A DNA stretch of 64,000 nt from Streptosporangiaceae bacterium (GTDB lineage: Bacteria > Actinomycetota > Actinomycetes > Streptosporangiales > Streptosporangiaceae), in NCBI GenBank assembly GCA_035763085.1, contig DASUBV010000339.1:2224-66223 (forward strand). The letters are read 5' to 3'. How positions within the stretch are numbered: position 1 is the first letter of the stretch; each line of letters starts with the position of its first letter. A model generated the notes under the pieces. That model was not told where the DNA came from. It saw only the letters and a program-made list of their open reading frames with translations, and made no database searches. This document shows positions 28,096 through 37,763 of this stretch, one piece after another. The translations under genes and the position numbers were made by a program.

Positions 28096-29352
28096 GGCGG
28101 GGCGGGACGGCGGGTCGGAGGTGCCGTGCGGCAGGAACAGGGCGAACACGGCCGGGCGCGGCCGGACCAGGACCACCTGGCCGCCGTCGGCCGCGGCGAT
28201 GGTCCGGGCCAGGGCTAGCCCCAGGCCGGTGCCGCCGGGCGACCCGCTGACGCTCCGCTCGAAGATCCGCGGCACCAGCTCGGGGGGCACGCCGGGCCCC
28301 TCGTCGCGGACCTCCACCACCACCGAGCGCCGGGTCTGCGAGGTGCGGATGGTCACCACGCCGGAGCCGTGCACCAGGGCGTTGTCCAGCAGCGTGGCGA
28401 TGACCTGCGATGCGCCGCCGGGCGTGGCGTAGGCGCACAGGCCCTTGGTGCCGGTGACCTCGAGCTTGCGGTTCACCCGGCGGAAGGCCGGCTCCCACTC
28501 CACGACCTGCTGGGCGACGATCTCGTCCACGCTGGCCAGCGACGGAGCGCCGGTGATGGTCCGGCGGGCGCGGCCCAGCAGCTGGCTGACCACCTCGGCC
28601 AGCCGCTCAGTCTGGGCCAGCGCCGCTGCGCCCTCCTCGCGCACCACGTCCGGGTAGTCAGCCGCCGCGACCATCTCCTCCAGCCGCATGGACAGCGCGG
28701 TCAGCGGGGTGCGGAGCTGATGCGAGGCATCGACGGCAAAATCGCGCTCGGCCGACAGCAGGTCGGTGATGCGCTGCGCGGAGCCGTCCAGGCCCTCGGC
28801 GACCCGGTCCAGTTCCTGGACGCCGTACCGGCGTCCCAGCGGCCGGGCGTCACCCGAGCCCAGTCTGTCGGCGGCCCGGGCGAGTTCTTCCATCGGCCGG
28901 GCCAGGCGTCTGGCCTGGAACAGCGCCAGGATGACGGCGACGACCACGGCGAGCAGGGCCAGCGAGCCGATCAGCAGCAGCGCGCCCCACACCTTGCCCG
29001 AGACGAAGGCGTCGTCGGCCTCGACGGTGACGGAGAAGTCTGTGGTGGCGGCGGAGGCGGTGATGGTGTGCCGCCCGGGCGGCCGGTCACCGAACCGCAG
29101 CAGCGGCCCGCCATCCTGACGAATCAGCACGTACCGGTCCGACACCGAGCGCGCTATCTGCTCCACGCCCGGCGGCAGCCCGGCGTTCACCCGCTCCTGC
29201 AGGCCGCGGGCCAGCGTGGCTGCGTCCCGGCTGAGCTGGTCAGTTGCCTCGCTGACCTGGAGCCGGCTCAGCACGAATGCCAGCGGCAGGCCGAGCAGCA
29301 AGACTGCCACGACGGCGACTGCCAGCGTCGAGATCAGCAGCCTGCGCTGCAT
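28078..29352 (-). CDS. Sensor histidine kinase (TM-HAMP-HisKA-HATPase)
   Basis: N-terminal TM, second TM plus HAMP, H-box FAVDASHQLRTPLT, N/G boxes (LLDNALVHG, GTGLGLALA). Confidence 0.9.
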   Translation of the reverse strand: MQRRLLISTLAVAVVAVLLLGLPLAFVLSRLQVSEATDQLSRDAATLARGLQERVNAGLPPGVEQIARSVSDRYVLIRQDGGPLLRFGDRPPGRHTITASAATTDFSVTVEADDAFVSGKVWGALLLIGSLALLAVVVAVILALFQARRLARPMEELARAADRLGSGDARPLGRRYGVQELDRVAEGLDGSAQRITDLLSAERDFAVDASHQLRTPLTALSMRLEEMVAAADYPDVVREEGAAALAQTERLAEVVSQLLGRARRTITGAPSLASVDEIVAQQVVEWEPAFRRVNRKLEVTGTKGLCAYATPGGASQVIATLLDNALVHGSGVVTIRTSQTRRSVVVEVRDEGPGVPPELVPRIFERSVSGSPGGTGLGLALARTIAAADGGQVVLVRPRPAVFALFLPHGTSDPPSRPAVSGPA

Positions 29353-29402
29353 GGCCTGGTCCCTACGTCTCCTGGCGCATCGTCAGGGCCGCGCGAGGGC
29401 AG

Positions 29403-30074
29403 TCACTCACCGCGCTCGAAGCGGAACCCGACACCACGCACGGTGGTGATGAACCGCGGGCTGTGCGCGTCATCGCCCAGCTTGCGGCGCAGCCAGGATA
29501 CGTGCATGTCCAGGGTCTTGGTGGAGCCCCACCACTTGCTGTCCCAGACCTGGCGCATGATCTGCTCGCGGGTCACCACCTTCCCTGCCTCGGCCACCAG
29601 CAGCGCCAGGAGGTCGAACTCCTTGGAGGTCAGCTCGATCTCCTCGTCGCCGAGCCAGGCGCGGCGGGCGTCGGTGTCGATCCGGACGCCCTGCACCACC
29701 TTGGTCTCCGAGGCGCCCCGGCGCAGCAGCGCGCGGACCCGGGCAAGCAGCTCGGCCAGCCGGAACGGCTTGGTCACGTAGTCGTCGGCGCCCGCGTCCA
29801 GGCCGATGACCGTATCGACCTCGTCGGCGCGGGCAGTGAGGATCAGCACGGGGACCGACTGGCCCGCCGAGCGGATGCGGCGGCAGACCTCCAGCCCGTC
29901 GAGCCGGGGCAGGCCGATGTCCAGCACGATGAGGTCGATCCCGCCGGCGCGGGCGGCCTCGAGCGTGCCAGGCCCGTCGGCGGCGACCCCTACCTCGTAG
30001 CCCTCGCGGCGCAGCGCGCGGGCCAGCGGCTCAGAGATCGCCGGGTCATCTTCGGCAAGCAGAACGCTGGTCAT
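29403..30074 (-). CDS. OmpR/PhoB-family response regulator
   Basis: Receiver domain (LLAEDD, DLIVLDIGLPRLDG, KPF) plus a winged-helix output domain (LTSKEFDLLALL...TVRGVGFRF). Confidence 0.9.
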   Translation of the reverse strand: MTSVLLAEDDPAISEPLARALRREGYEVGVAADGPGTLEAARAGGIDLIVLDIGLPRLDGLEVCRRIRSAGQSVPVLILTARADEVDTVIGLDAGADDYVTKPFRLAELLARVRALLRRGASETKVVQGVRIDTDARRAWLGDEEIELTSKEFDLLALLVAEAGKVVTREQIMRQVWDSKWWGSTKTLDMHVSWLRRKLGDDAHSPRFITTVRGVGFRFERGE

Positions 30075-30134
30075 GCCTCGATCGTAAGGCGACTGGAGAG
30101 CATTTCCTGCTCACTACACGCTGCAACGCCCAAG

Positions 30135-31724
30135 TCACACCGGCGTCACGCCGTGCCGGCGCCGGGAGAAGTCCCGGTTTTTGCCCCGCGCGGCGGCGAA
30201 CCGGCGGACCAGCTGGGCGCGCAGGTCCTCGGGCTCGACGATGTCGTCCACGACCAGTTCCCCGGCCAGCCGCAGGACATCGATGTCTGCCTCGTACTCG
30301 GTGCGCAGCCGCTGGGTAAGCTCGGCCCGCTCAGCCTCGTCGGTCACGGCCGCCAGCCGGTTGAAGTACACCGCGTTGACGGCGGCCTCCGCGCCCATCA
30401 CCGCGATCTTGGCGGTCGGCAGGGCGAGGGTGGCGTCCGGCTCGAAGCCGGGCCCGGCCATCGCGTACAGGCCCGCGCCGTAGGCCTTGCGGACTACCAC
30501 GCAGATCTTCGGCACGGTGGCCTCGGACACCGCGCTGATCATCTTGGCCCCGTGCCGGATGATGCCCTGCTTCTCCACGGCCGTCCCGACCATGAAGCCC
30601 GGCACGTCGGCCAGGAACAGCAGCGGCACGCTGAAGGCATCGCACAGCTGGATGAACCGGGTCGCCTTGTCGGCGGAGTCGACGAACAGGACACCGCCCT
30701 TGAACATGGGATTGCTGGCCACCACGCCGACCGGCTGGCCGTCCAGCCGGGCGAACCCGACGGTCAGCTCCCTGGCCCACAAGGCGTGCACCTCGAACAG
30801 CGAGCCCTCGTCGACCAGCCCGCGGATGTAGGCGCGCATGTCGAACGCGCGCCGCTCGCTGACCGGGACCATCGCCCGCAGGTCGGCCGGCCGGGGATCG
30901 CGGGCGGGTGCCGCGGGCGGCTGCTCGCGCCAGTTGCCGGGCAGGTAGGACAGGTAGTCACGGACCGCCGCCAGCGCCTCCTGCTCGGAGGCGGCCAGGT
31001 GATGCCCGACCCCGGACACCGTGCAGTGCATCCGGGCGCCGCCCATCTCCTCCAGCGTGGTCTGCTCCCGGACCACCATCTCGACCATCCGCGGGCTGCC
31101 CAGGTACATCGAGGCGTTGCCCTCGACCATGGTCACGAAGTCGCAGAAGGCCGGGATGTAGGCGCCGCCCGCGGCCGACGGGCCGAACAGCGCGCACACC
31201 TGCGGGATCGAGCCAGAGGCCCGGACCTGGGTGTGGAAGATCTTGCCGGCGCCGCGGCGGCCGGGGAACATCTGCACCTGATCGGTGATCCGGGCGCCGG
31301 CCGAGTCGACCAGGTAGATCATCGGGATGCCGCGGTCGTAGGCCAGCTCGATGATGCGGATGATCTTCTCGACGGTCCGCGCGCCCCACGAGCCGGCCTT
31401 GACGGTCGAGTCGTTGGCCATCATGGCGACCGTCCGGCCGCCGACAGTCGCCGTCCCCGTGATCACCCCGTCGGCTGGCAGCCCGTCGGCCAGGACGTTG
31501 GCGAACGCGCCGTCCTCGGTGAAGCTGCCCTCATCGGCCAGCAGCGCGATGCGCTCGCGGGCGAACAGCTTGCCCTTGGCCGTGGCCGCCTCGTGATAGC
31601 GGGCGGCACCGCCCTGCTCAATCCTGGCCCGGACGCCGCCCAGCTCCGGATGGCCCTCTTCGCTCGGCGTGGCCGGCGACGCTGCCGGCCCGGCGCCTGC
31701 ATGTTCTGCGGGTGCTTCGCTCAC
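30135..31724 (-). CDS. Acyl-CoA carboxylase carboxyltransferase (beta) subunit, methylcrotonyl-CoA carboxylase/AccD1-like
   Basis: Carboxyl_trans domain pattern (MANDSTVKAGSWG, IYLVDSAGARI, GPSAAGGAYIPAF). Context: HMG-CoA lyase and enoyl-CoA hydratase genes lie upstream on the same strand. Confidence 0.88.
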   Translation of the reverse strand: MSEAPAEHAGAGPAASPATPSEEGHPELGGVRARIEQGGAARYHEAATAKGKLFARERIALLADEGSFTEDGAFANVLADGLPADGVITGTATVGGRTVAMMANDSTVKAGSWGARTVEKIIRIIELAYDRGIPMIYLVDSAGARITDQVQMFPGRRGAGKIFHTQVRASGSIPQVCALFGPSAAGGAYIPAFCDFVTMVEGNASMYLGSPRMVEMVVREQTTLEEMGGARMHCTVSGVGHHLAASEQEALAAVRDYLSYLPGNWREQPPAAPARDPRPADLRAMVPVSERRAFDMRAYIRGLVDEGSLFEVHALWARELTVGFARLDGQPVGVVASNPMFKGGVLFVDSADKATRFIQLCDAFSVPLLFLADVPGFMVGTAVEKQGIIRHGAKMISAVSEATVPKICVVVRKAYGAGLYAMAGPGFEPDATLALPTAKIAVMGAEAAVNAVYFNRLAAVTDEAERAELTQRLRTEYEADIDVLRLAGELVVDDIVEPEDLRAQLVRRFAAARGKNRDFSRRRHGVTPV

Positions 31725-31832
31725 GACCGCGAGCGTACGCCAGGACCGGGCCCTGGCATGATCGCGGCCGCTCCCCTCCGGCCGGAGCGGCCACGATGTC
31801 CGGCACGATGACCGGCGGCGATGACCAGGGCG

Positions 31833-32135
31833 TCAGGCCAGGTGCAGGTTGACGCCCAGCAGGATCAGCCACCACAGCAGGATGGCCAGGATTGCGGACA
31901 AGATCACCTTGATGACGTACACGGTGATGTAGTGGTGCTGCCAGGCGACCACCAGGCCGATGATGAGGTAGATCACGCCCACCAGGCCGAGCCGACGCAG
32001 TCTCAACACGGTCCAGCTCCCATTCGTCCAGTTCCCGGAGCGCGCGGCACGCTCACCACCGAGGAATCTGGCGCCCAGGTCTCCCGATAAGTCGCCATCA
32101 AACACGAAACGATCATCGGCGGGCGTCGCCCGCAT
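31833..32135 (-). CDS. Small membrane protein, unknown function
   Basis: High GC3. The C-terminus has two hydrophobic segments (LGLVGVIYLIIGLVVAW, VIKVILSAILAILLWWLILLGV). Start uncertain. Confidence 0.5.
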   Translation of the reverse strand: MRATPADDRFVFDGDLSGDLGARFLGGERAARSGNWTNGSWTVLRLRRLGLVGVIYLIIGLVVAWQHHYITVYVIKVILSAILAILLWWLILLGVNLHLA

Positions 32136-32139
32136 GACC

Positions 32140-32328
32140 GGGGATTCCAGGCAGTGGTCCCGGGGCTCGCGCTGCCGGGCGGATGACCAGGGAAAGCCGG
32201 TAGCGCATGGCCAGCCGAAATGGGATGCCAGATCGCGACGGCCGGCCCGGAGGGTCGGTCTGAGCGATCGGGAGGGGGTCCGGGGGGCGAGGCCCCCTGG
32301 TCTGGGGTTCCAGGGGCTATCCCCCGGG
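32140..32328. repeat. GC-rich intergenic repeat family (GGGG[A/T]TCCAGG box) plus small GC hairpin
   Basis: ggggattccaggcagtggtcccggggctcgcgctgccggg (from 32140) aligns with the 27978 unit. A second box ggggttccaggggc starts at 32304. Hairpin gggggc-gag-gccccc lies at about 32283-32297. Confidence 0.5.
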
Positions 32329-33243
32329 CTAACTCGGGATGGTTCTGGTGCGGGGGCCGGCGCGCAGGACCTGGGAGGGCAGCTGGCGGCCGATGACCCG
32401 CTCCGCATCGGCGGCCGCCTCGATCATCGCCTCCAGGTCAATGCCGGTCGCCACGCCCATGTCCTCGACCATGTGGATCAGTTCCTCGGTCGCGATGTTG
32501 CCGGTCGCACCGGGCGCGTAGGGGCAGCCGCCCAGGCCGCCCACCGACGCGTCGAAGTCGGCGACGCCCAGCTCCAGCGCCGTCAGCACGTTGGCCAGGC
32601 CGGTTCCCCGGGTGTTGTGGAAGTGCAGGTTCAGCGCACTGCCGGGGTGCGCGGACCGGAACTCGCCAACCAGGCTGCGCACCCGCGAGGGCGTGGCCAT
32701 CCCCGTGGTGTCGCCGAACGAGACCGAGTCAGCCCCGTCGGCAACTGCCCGGCTGGCCACGCTCACCACCCGCGAGACCGGCACATCCCCCTCGTACGGG
32801 CAGCCCCACGCCGTGGAGACGATGACCTGGCACGTGGCCCCGGCCTGGTGGGCCTGGTCGATGATGGCCGCGATCTGGTCGAGTGACTCCTCGGTCGAGC
32901 GGTTGACGTTCTTGCGGTTATGGGTGTCCGACGCCGACACCACCGCCTCCAGCTCGGTCACGCCGGCGGCCAGGGCCCGCTGCGCGCCGCGCAGGTTAGG
33001 TACCAGCGCGGAGTAGCGGACCTGCGGGGCGCGGGCGATGCCGGCCCATACCTCGCTGGCGTCGGCCATCTGCGGGATCGCCTCGGGGCGGACGAACGAC
33101 ACCGCCTCGATGCGCTCCACGCCGGTGCCCGACAGCCGGTTGATCAGCTCGATCTTCGCCGCGGTCGGCACGGGGTCCTCGTTTTGCAGGCCGTCCCGGG
33201 GCCCGACCTCGCGGACAGAGATGCGGCTGGGCAGGTCACTCAT
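32329..33243 (-). CDS. Hydroxymethylglutaryl-CoA lyase
   Basis: VREVGPRDGLQNE N-terminal motif, TIM-barrel DRE-TIM pattern, GGLGGCPYAPGATGN. ATGA overlap with the upstream hydratase gene. Confidence 0.9.
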   Translation of the reverse strand: MSDLPSRISVREVGPRDGLQNEDPVPTAAKIELINRLSGTGVERIEAVSFVRPEAIPQMADASEVWAGIARAPQVRYSALVPNLRGAQRALAAGVTELEAVVSASDTHNRKNVNRSTEESLDQIAAIIDQAHQAGATCQVIVSTAWGCPYEGDVPVSRVVSVASRAVADGADSVSFGDTTGMATPSRVRSLVGEFRSAHPGSALNLHFHNTRGTGLANVLTALELGVADFDASVGGLGGCPYAPGATGNIATEELIHMVEDMGVATGIDLEAMIEAAADAERVIGRQLPSQVLRAGPRTRTIPS

Positions 33244-34085
33244 GGTGCCGGGGTCCCTTCTGGGTCGGGCTGCGGGCGCGGGGCTGACGGGCGGGCGATT
33301 CCGGGCCAGGCGGGCGGGCGCTTGCCGGCGAACGCGGCGATCCCCTCGCGGCGGTCATCGGACAGCGCAGCCGTCCGCCAGGCGGCGTCCTCGACCTCGA
33401 GAGCGGCGGCCAGGCCGAGCCCGCTGCCCAGGCGCAGGGCCTGCTTGGCCGCGCGCACCGCGACCGGCGAGTTAGCGGCGATCTGCCCGGCCAGCTCCAG
33501 CGCGCACCGGGCCGCGGTGCCCGCCGGGACCACGCGGTCGGCCAGGCCGATCCGGCCGGCCTCGGCGGCGTCAACCTTGCGGCCGGTCAGCACCAGGTCG
33601 GCGGCACGGCCCTGGCCCAGGCGCCGGGCTGGCAGCTGGGTGCCGCCGCAGCCGGGCACCAGGCCGACGGTGACCTCGGGCAGCCCGAACACCGCGGTCT
33701 CGTCGGCGACGATCAGGTCACACGAGAGGGCGAGCTCGCAGCCACCGCCGAGCGCGAAGCCGTGCACGGCCGCGATCACCGGCTGGGGCAGCCCGAGCAG
33801 CGCGCCGAATGCGGCGCGGAAGGCCGGCCGCTGGGCCAGGATCTGAGCGTCACTCATGGCCGCGCGCTCCTTGAGATCCGCCCCGGCGCAGAAGGCCCGC
33901 TCCCCGGCCGCGCTGAGCACGGCGGCCCGTACCGCCGTGTCCGCGGCGATCCGGGCCAGCGCCCGCTCCAGCTCCCGCAGCAGCTCGGTGCTGAGCGCGT
34001 TCATGGCCTCGGGCCTGCTCAGCACGATCTCAGCGACCGCGCCCTCGCGGTGCTGACGGACTCCGATCAAAGAAGACGTTGTCAC
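33240..34085 (-). CDS. Enoyl-CoA hydratase/isomerase family protein (methylglutaconyl-CoA hydratase-like by context)
   Basis: Crotonase pattern: LSRPEAMNALS, FCAGADLKE, AAVHGFALGGGCELAL, GLPEVTVGLVPG. GTG 34085 chosen. Confidence 0.85.
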   Translation of the reverse strand: MTTSSLIGVRQHREGAVAEIVLSRPEAMNALSTELLRELERALARIAADTAVRAAVLSAAGERAFCAGADLKERAAMSDAQILAQRPAFRAAFGALLGLPQPVIAAVHGFALGGGCELALSCDLIVADETAVFGLPEVTVGLVPGCGGTQLPARRLGQGRAADLVLTGRKVDAAEAGRIGLADRVVPAGTAARCALELAGQIAANSPVAVRAAKQALRLGSGLGLAAALEVEDAAWRTAALSDDRREGIAAFAGKRPPAWPGIARPSAPRPQPDPEGTPAP

Positions 34086-34095
34086 GCCTTCGAGG

Positions 34096-34608
34096 CTAGT
34101 AGCCTGCCGGGCGTTCGAGACGCAGCTGCTCGTCCTCCACGAGCTGGAACAGCTGAGCCTGGACCTCCTGGACATGCGGGATCTCGGTCAGGACCAGCTC
34201 GCCATGCTCGCCCGCCGACTCCACCACCAGGCGGCCACAGCCCAGGATGCGGTCCAGGATGCCGTGCGAGAACGAGACATCACTGATCCGGGCCAGCGGG
34301 AAGTCGCGGCCCGACCGGGTCAGGATCCCGGCCCGCAGCCGCAGGCGGCGGTTGGTCAGCTCGTAGCTCGTCGCCCGCCAGCGCAGCAGCGGAACCGCGC
34401 ACCAGATGATGGCCGCCAGCACGGCCACTACCGCGATCGCCAGCTTGACCAGGGGCTTGTCGGCGGATGACGGCAGCAGGATCAGCGCCACCAGGGCCGC
34501 GGCAATGATCAGGGCCAGGATCAGGACCGGCCGCAGCACCGTCTTCCAGTGCGGGTGCAGCCGCAGCACCACGTGCTCGCCCTCGGACAGGCCGTCGGGA
34601 CTCGTCAT
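34096..34608 (-). CDS. Membrane protein with bacterial PH (bPH_2/YdbS-like, DUF304) domain
   Basis: GEHVVLRLHPHWK, two TM segments, then YELTNRRLRLRAGILTRSGRDFPLARISDV. Occupies the position of the membrane proteins next to birA in mycobacteria. Start is 34608 or 34617. Confidence 0.8.
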   Translation of the reverse strand: MTSPDGLSEGEHVVLRLHPHWKTVLRPVLILALIIAAALVALILLPSSADKPLVKLAIAVVAVLAAIIWCAVPLLRWRATSYELTNRRLRLRAGILTRSGRDFPLARISDVSFSHGILDRILGCGRLVVESAGEHGELVLTEIPHVQEVQAQLFQLVEDEQLRLERPAGY

Positions 34609-34657
34609 AGGCCACATGGTGGCATGTATCCCGGCAATCCGTGGCGCTCCCGCGCAG

Positions 34658-35590
34658 CTACGGGACGCGGCGCACATGCATGACGTCGCCCGCGCTGACC
34701 GCCGTGGCGCCCGGCTCGGCGCCCACGATCAGGCAGCCCGCCACGTCAACCCCGGCGGCCTCCCCGGTCAGGGTTGCGCCGCCGGGCAGGTGGACCACGA
34801 CCTCGGTGCCGATGGTCGAGCACCACCGCAGGTACTCCGCCCGCAGCCCGCAGCTGTCCGGGTCGCCCGGCACCCCGCTGCTGCCAGGACTGGCCCAGGC
34901 CCGGTACCAGTACTCCAGCTCGGCCAGGATGGCGGCGAGCAGCGCGCCGCGGTCGGCGGCCGGGGCGCCGGCCAGCGCCAGCGAGGTCGGGGCCAGCGCG
35001 GCCGGAGCAAGCGGTCCTGACGGCGCGGGCGCTTCGGCCGCGGCTGCAGAAGACGGCGCGGCAGCGGGCGGCGCCGCCGGCTCCGGGGAGCGCGCCGCGG
35101 GCGCGCCTGGCAGGTCGGCCTGCCGGGCGCCGACATTGATCCCGATGCCGATCACAATGGCCGGCCCGGCCTGCTCGGCCAGGATGCCGGCCAGCTTCGC
35201 GCCGCCCGCCAGCACGTCATTAGGCCACTTGAGGCTCACCCGGACCCCGGCGGCCTCGGTCACCGCGCGGGCCACCGCGACTCCCGTCAGCAGCGGCAGC
35301 CAGCCCCGGGCTGCGGCCGGCACGCCGGCAGGGCGCAGCAGCACAGAAAACGACAAGGCCCCGCCCGGCACCGTGATCCAGGTCCGGCCCTGCCGCCCGC
35401 GGCCGCGCGCCTGCCGCTCGGCCACCAGCACCGCTCCCTCGGCGGCACCCGACCGCGCCGCGGCCAGCAGGTCCTCGTTGGTGGACCCCGTCTCGCCCAC
35501 CACGTCCAGCCTCGTCCAGAGGCTGCCCGGCGCCAGCACCGCTGACCGCAGCGCGGCCTGGTCGAGCGGAACCGGTGAGGCTTCGGACAC
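34658..35590 (-). CDS. birA: Biotin--[acetyl-CoA-carboxylase] ligase, group I (no N-terminal HTH), with Ala/Pro-rich insertion
   Basis: GETGSTNEDL, ERQARGRGRQGRTW (GRGRxGR), KWPNDV, GIGINV motifs. C-terminal SH3-like tail. Confidence 0.9.
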   Translation of the reverse strand: MSEASPVPLDQAALRSAVLAPGSLWTRLDVVGETGSTNEDLLAAARSGAAEGAVLVAERQARGRGRQGRTWITVPGGALSFSVLLRPAGVPAAARGWLPLLTGVAVARAVTEAAGVRVSLKWPNDVLAGGAKLAGILAEQAGPAIVIGIGINVGARQADLPGAPAARSPEPAAPPAAAPSSAAAAEAPAPSGPLAPAALAPTSLALAGAPAADRGALLAAILAELEYWYRAWASPGSSGVPGDPDSCGLRAEYLRWCSTIGTEVVVHLPGGATLTGEAAGVDVAGCLIVGAEPGATAVSAGDVMHVRRVP

Positions 35591-35895
35591 GGTACGTCTC
35601 CGCTATGATCGGCCAGCTAGTGTCAAAGGGCCGAGGATAGCGTCACGGTGCCGGCGGTGCCGGGACGGCCAGGCCAGCCGGCCGCCGGCGGCCGGCGCGG
35701 GCGCGCCCGGCGGGCACCGGGGGGAAACGAGCGGACACCGCGCGAGCGCTGCCGCCCACCGCGCGAAGTTGCGGCAGGCAGGCGAGCGGGCTAGCGCCGC
35801 GGGTCTGCCGCGCGCGGGCCGGGTACCAACCAGGAACAGCCAGCATCAGGCGGCCAGCATCGTCATGGGCGCCGCCCAGCAAACCGAGGAAAGCA

Positions 35896-37728
35896 GTGGC
35901 TGATCTCAAGACCGACGAACTGCCGACCCCTCATGACCAGCCCGCCGGCCCGGGCGGGAGCCCGGCATTCCCCGGCGGGCCGGGCTGGCGGAGGCGGCAG
36001 GCGGCCCTGGCCGCGGGCGCGCGCCGCGCGGCCCGGGCGGTGACCCCGGCGGCACTGTGGCGCAGTCACCGGCTGTTCACCATCCTGGTCCTGCTCTCGC
36101 TGGTGCCGCGCATCCTGGCTGCCCTGTCATTCCGTCCCGCGCTGCTGACCGCAGACTCGTTCCTGTACATGCAGAACGCCGCGAACGGCCAGCTCGGCTA
36201 CCTGCGTCCGTCGGGTTACTCGTTCTTCCTGGCCATCTTCCAGGGCCTGCCGCACGCGCTGCTGGTGGTCACCACCCTGCAGCACCTGATGGGCATCGCC
36301 ATCGCCGTCATCGTCTACGCGCTGCTTCGGTACTGGGGCCTGCCGGGCTGGGGCGCGTCGCTGGCCGCGGTGCCGACGCTGTTCGACGTCCGCCAGGTCG
36401 CGCTGGAGTCCTACATCCTGTCTGACACCGTGTTCGCGCTGGTGATCGTGGTGGCGGCGGCGCTGCTGCTGACCCGCCGCACGCCCCGGCTGTGGCAGTG
36501 CGTCGTGGCGGCCCTGCTGCTGGCCTACGCCTCGGTGCTGCGCGGCAACGGCATCCCGCTGGTCATCGTCGTGGCCGTGTTCCTGCTGATCAGGAAGGTG
36601 GGCTGGAAGGCCTGCACGGCCGCCGCGGTGGCGTTCGTGGTCCCGGTGCTGGGCTACGTGCTGGCCTTCCACAGCCAGTACGGCAGGTACAACATGACCG
36701 TGAGCGACGGCATCTTCCTGTGGTCACGGACCACGAGCTTCGCCAACTGCCAGGTCATCAAGCCGCCGCCGGACCTGGCGCCGCTGTGCCCGGACCGGGA
36801 GAAGTCGCAGGCGGTGCCGCCCGCGCCGGGCTGGTCGATCTCCTACCTGCTCAACGAGCCCACGCCGTCCGACTACGTGTGGGCCCCGGACGTGTGGTGG
36901 CGCCACGACGCCCATCCGGGCATCAACTCCTACAACGACACGCTCGGCCGGCGCTTCGCGATCAAGGCCATCGAGGCGCAGCCCGGTGACTACCTGAAGG
37001 TCGTCAGCCGCGACGTCATGCTGACCTTCCTGACCACCGACCGGCCGCAGGGCGGGGCCTACCTGACCTTCACGCCGCAGCCGCGGATCCCGCACCTGCC
37101 GTCGTATTACCAGAACTACATCAAGAACTACGCCGGGACGACGAGCAACACCCATGCGGTGTACCCGTACGCGTTCTTCCTGTTCTTGTACCAGCAGCCG
37201 GTGCTCTTCACCGGCGTGCTCTTCCTGCTGGTCATCCTGGCCGGGCTGGCCGGCGTGCTGCGCAACTGGCGGCGCTGGGGCGGCCTGCAGCTCCTGCCGT
37301 GGGGCCTGGCGGCCGTCAGCATCGTGTCGCCGGCGCTGGTGACCCAGTCGCTGTACCGGTACACGATGATCGCTATCCCGCTGGGCTGCCTGGCCGCGGG
37401 CCTGGGCTTCGCGCAGATCCCCGGCCGCCGCTTCGGCCGGGCCGCCCGGGCCGCGGTGCTCGTCCCGGCCGCCGCGGGTGCCCCGGCACCGGGCGGGGCG
37501 CCGGCCGGCGGTGCACCTGTCGCTGAGGCTGAGGCGCCTGCCAGCGGTAGTACCCCTCCGGCTGCTCCGGCTCCGCGGACTCCGGCTCCGGGCGCTCCGG
37601 CTCCGGGGGCTCCGGCGGCGGCTGCTCCGGACCAGGCTGCTCCGGCGGCGGGCCCGGCCGGGGCAGCGGACGCGCCTGGCGAGGCCAGCGGGACGGGTGA
37701 GACGGCCGGGGAGGACGGCAGCCGCTAG
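35896..37728 (+). CDS. Polytopic membrane protein, GT-C-fold glycosyltransferase-like (GT39/ArnT-like), with Pro/Ala-rich C-terminal tail
   Basis: About 10 or more hydrophobic segments. Acidic motif in the first loop ([10 protein letters not shown]). A large loop with a Cys pair ([18 protein letters not shown]). Paralogous to 39447..40961. Family call is by architecture only. Confidence 0.6.
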   Translation: MADLKTDELPTPHDQPAGPGGSPAFPGGPGWRRRQAALAAGARRAARAVTPAALWRSHRLFTILVLLSLVPRILAALSFRPALLTADSFLYMQNAANGQLGYLRPSGYSFFLAIFQGLPHALLVVTTLQHLMGIAIAVIVYALLRYWGLPGWGASLAAVPTLFDVRQVALESYILSDTVFALVIVVAAALLLTRRTPRLWQCVVAALLLAYASVLRGNGIPLVIVVAVFLLIRKVGWKACTAAAVAFVVPVLGYVLAFHSQYGRYNMTVSDGIFLWSRTTSFANCQVIKPPPDLAPLCPDREKSQAVPPAPGWSISYLLNEPTPSDYVWAPDVWWRHDAHPGINSYNDTLGRRFAIKAIEAQPGDYLKVVSRDVMLTFLTTDRPQGGAYLTFTPQPRIPHLPSYYQNYIKNYAGTTSNTHAVYPYAFFLFLYQQPVLFTGVLFLLVILAGLAGVLRNWRRWGGLQLLPWGLAAVSIVSPALVTQSLYRYTMIAIPLGCLAAGLGFAQIPGRRFGRAARAAVLVPAAAGAPAPGGAPAGGAPVAEAEAPASGSTPPAAPAPRTPAPGAPAPGAPAAAAPDQAAPAAGPAGAADAPGEASGTGETAGEDGSR

Positions 37729-37763
37729 CCGCGGGGGAGCCGCCCTGGCCTACCCTGAGCGGC

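Noticed and set aside
29277-31811. 844-aa plus-strand ORF spanning the response regulator and carboxyltransferase loci. Similar giants occur at 43408..44904 (-), 46827..48242 (-), 53617..54912 (+), 57595..58953 (+) and 59020..60432 (+)
   Set aside because: All are antisense to CDS with unmistakable family motifs. They have Gly/Arg/Asp/Pro/His-rich low-complexity translations, the expected absence of stop codons in about 70%-plus GC DNA.
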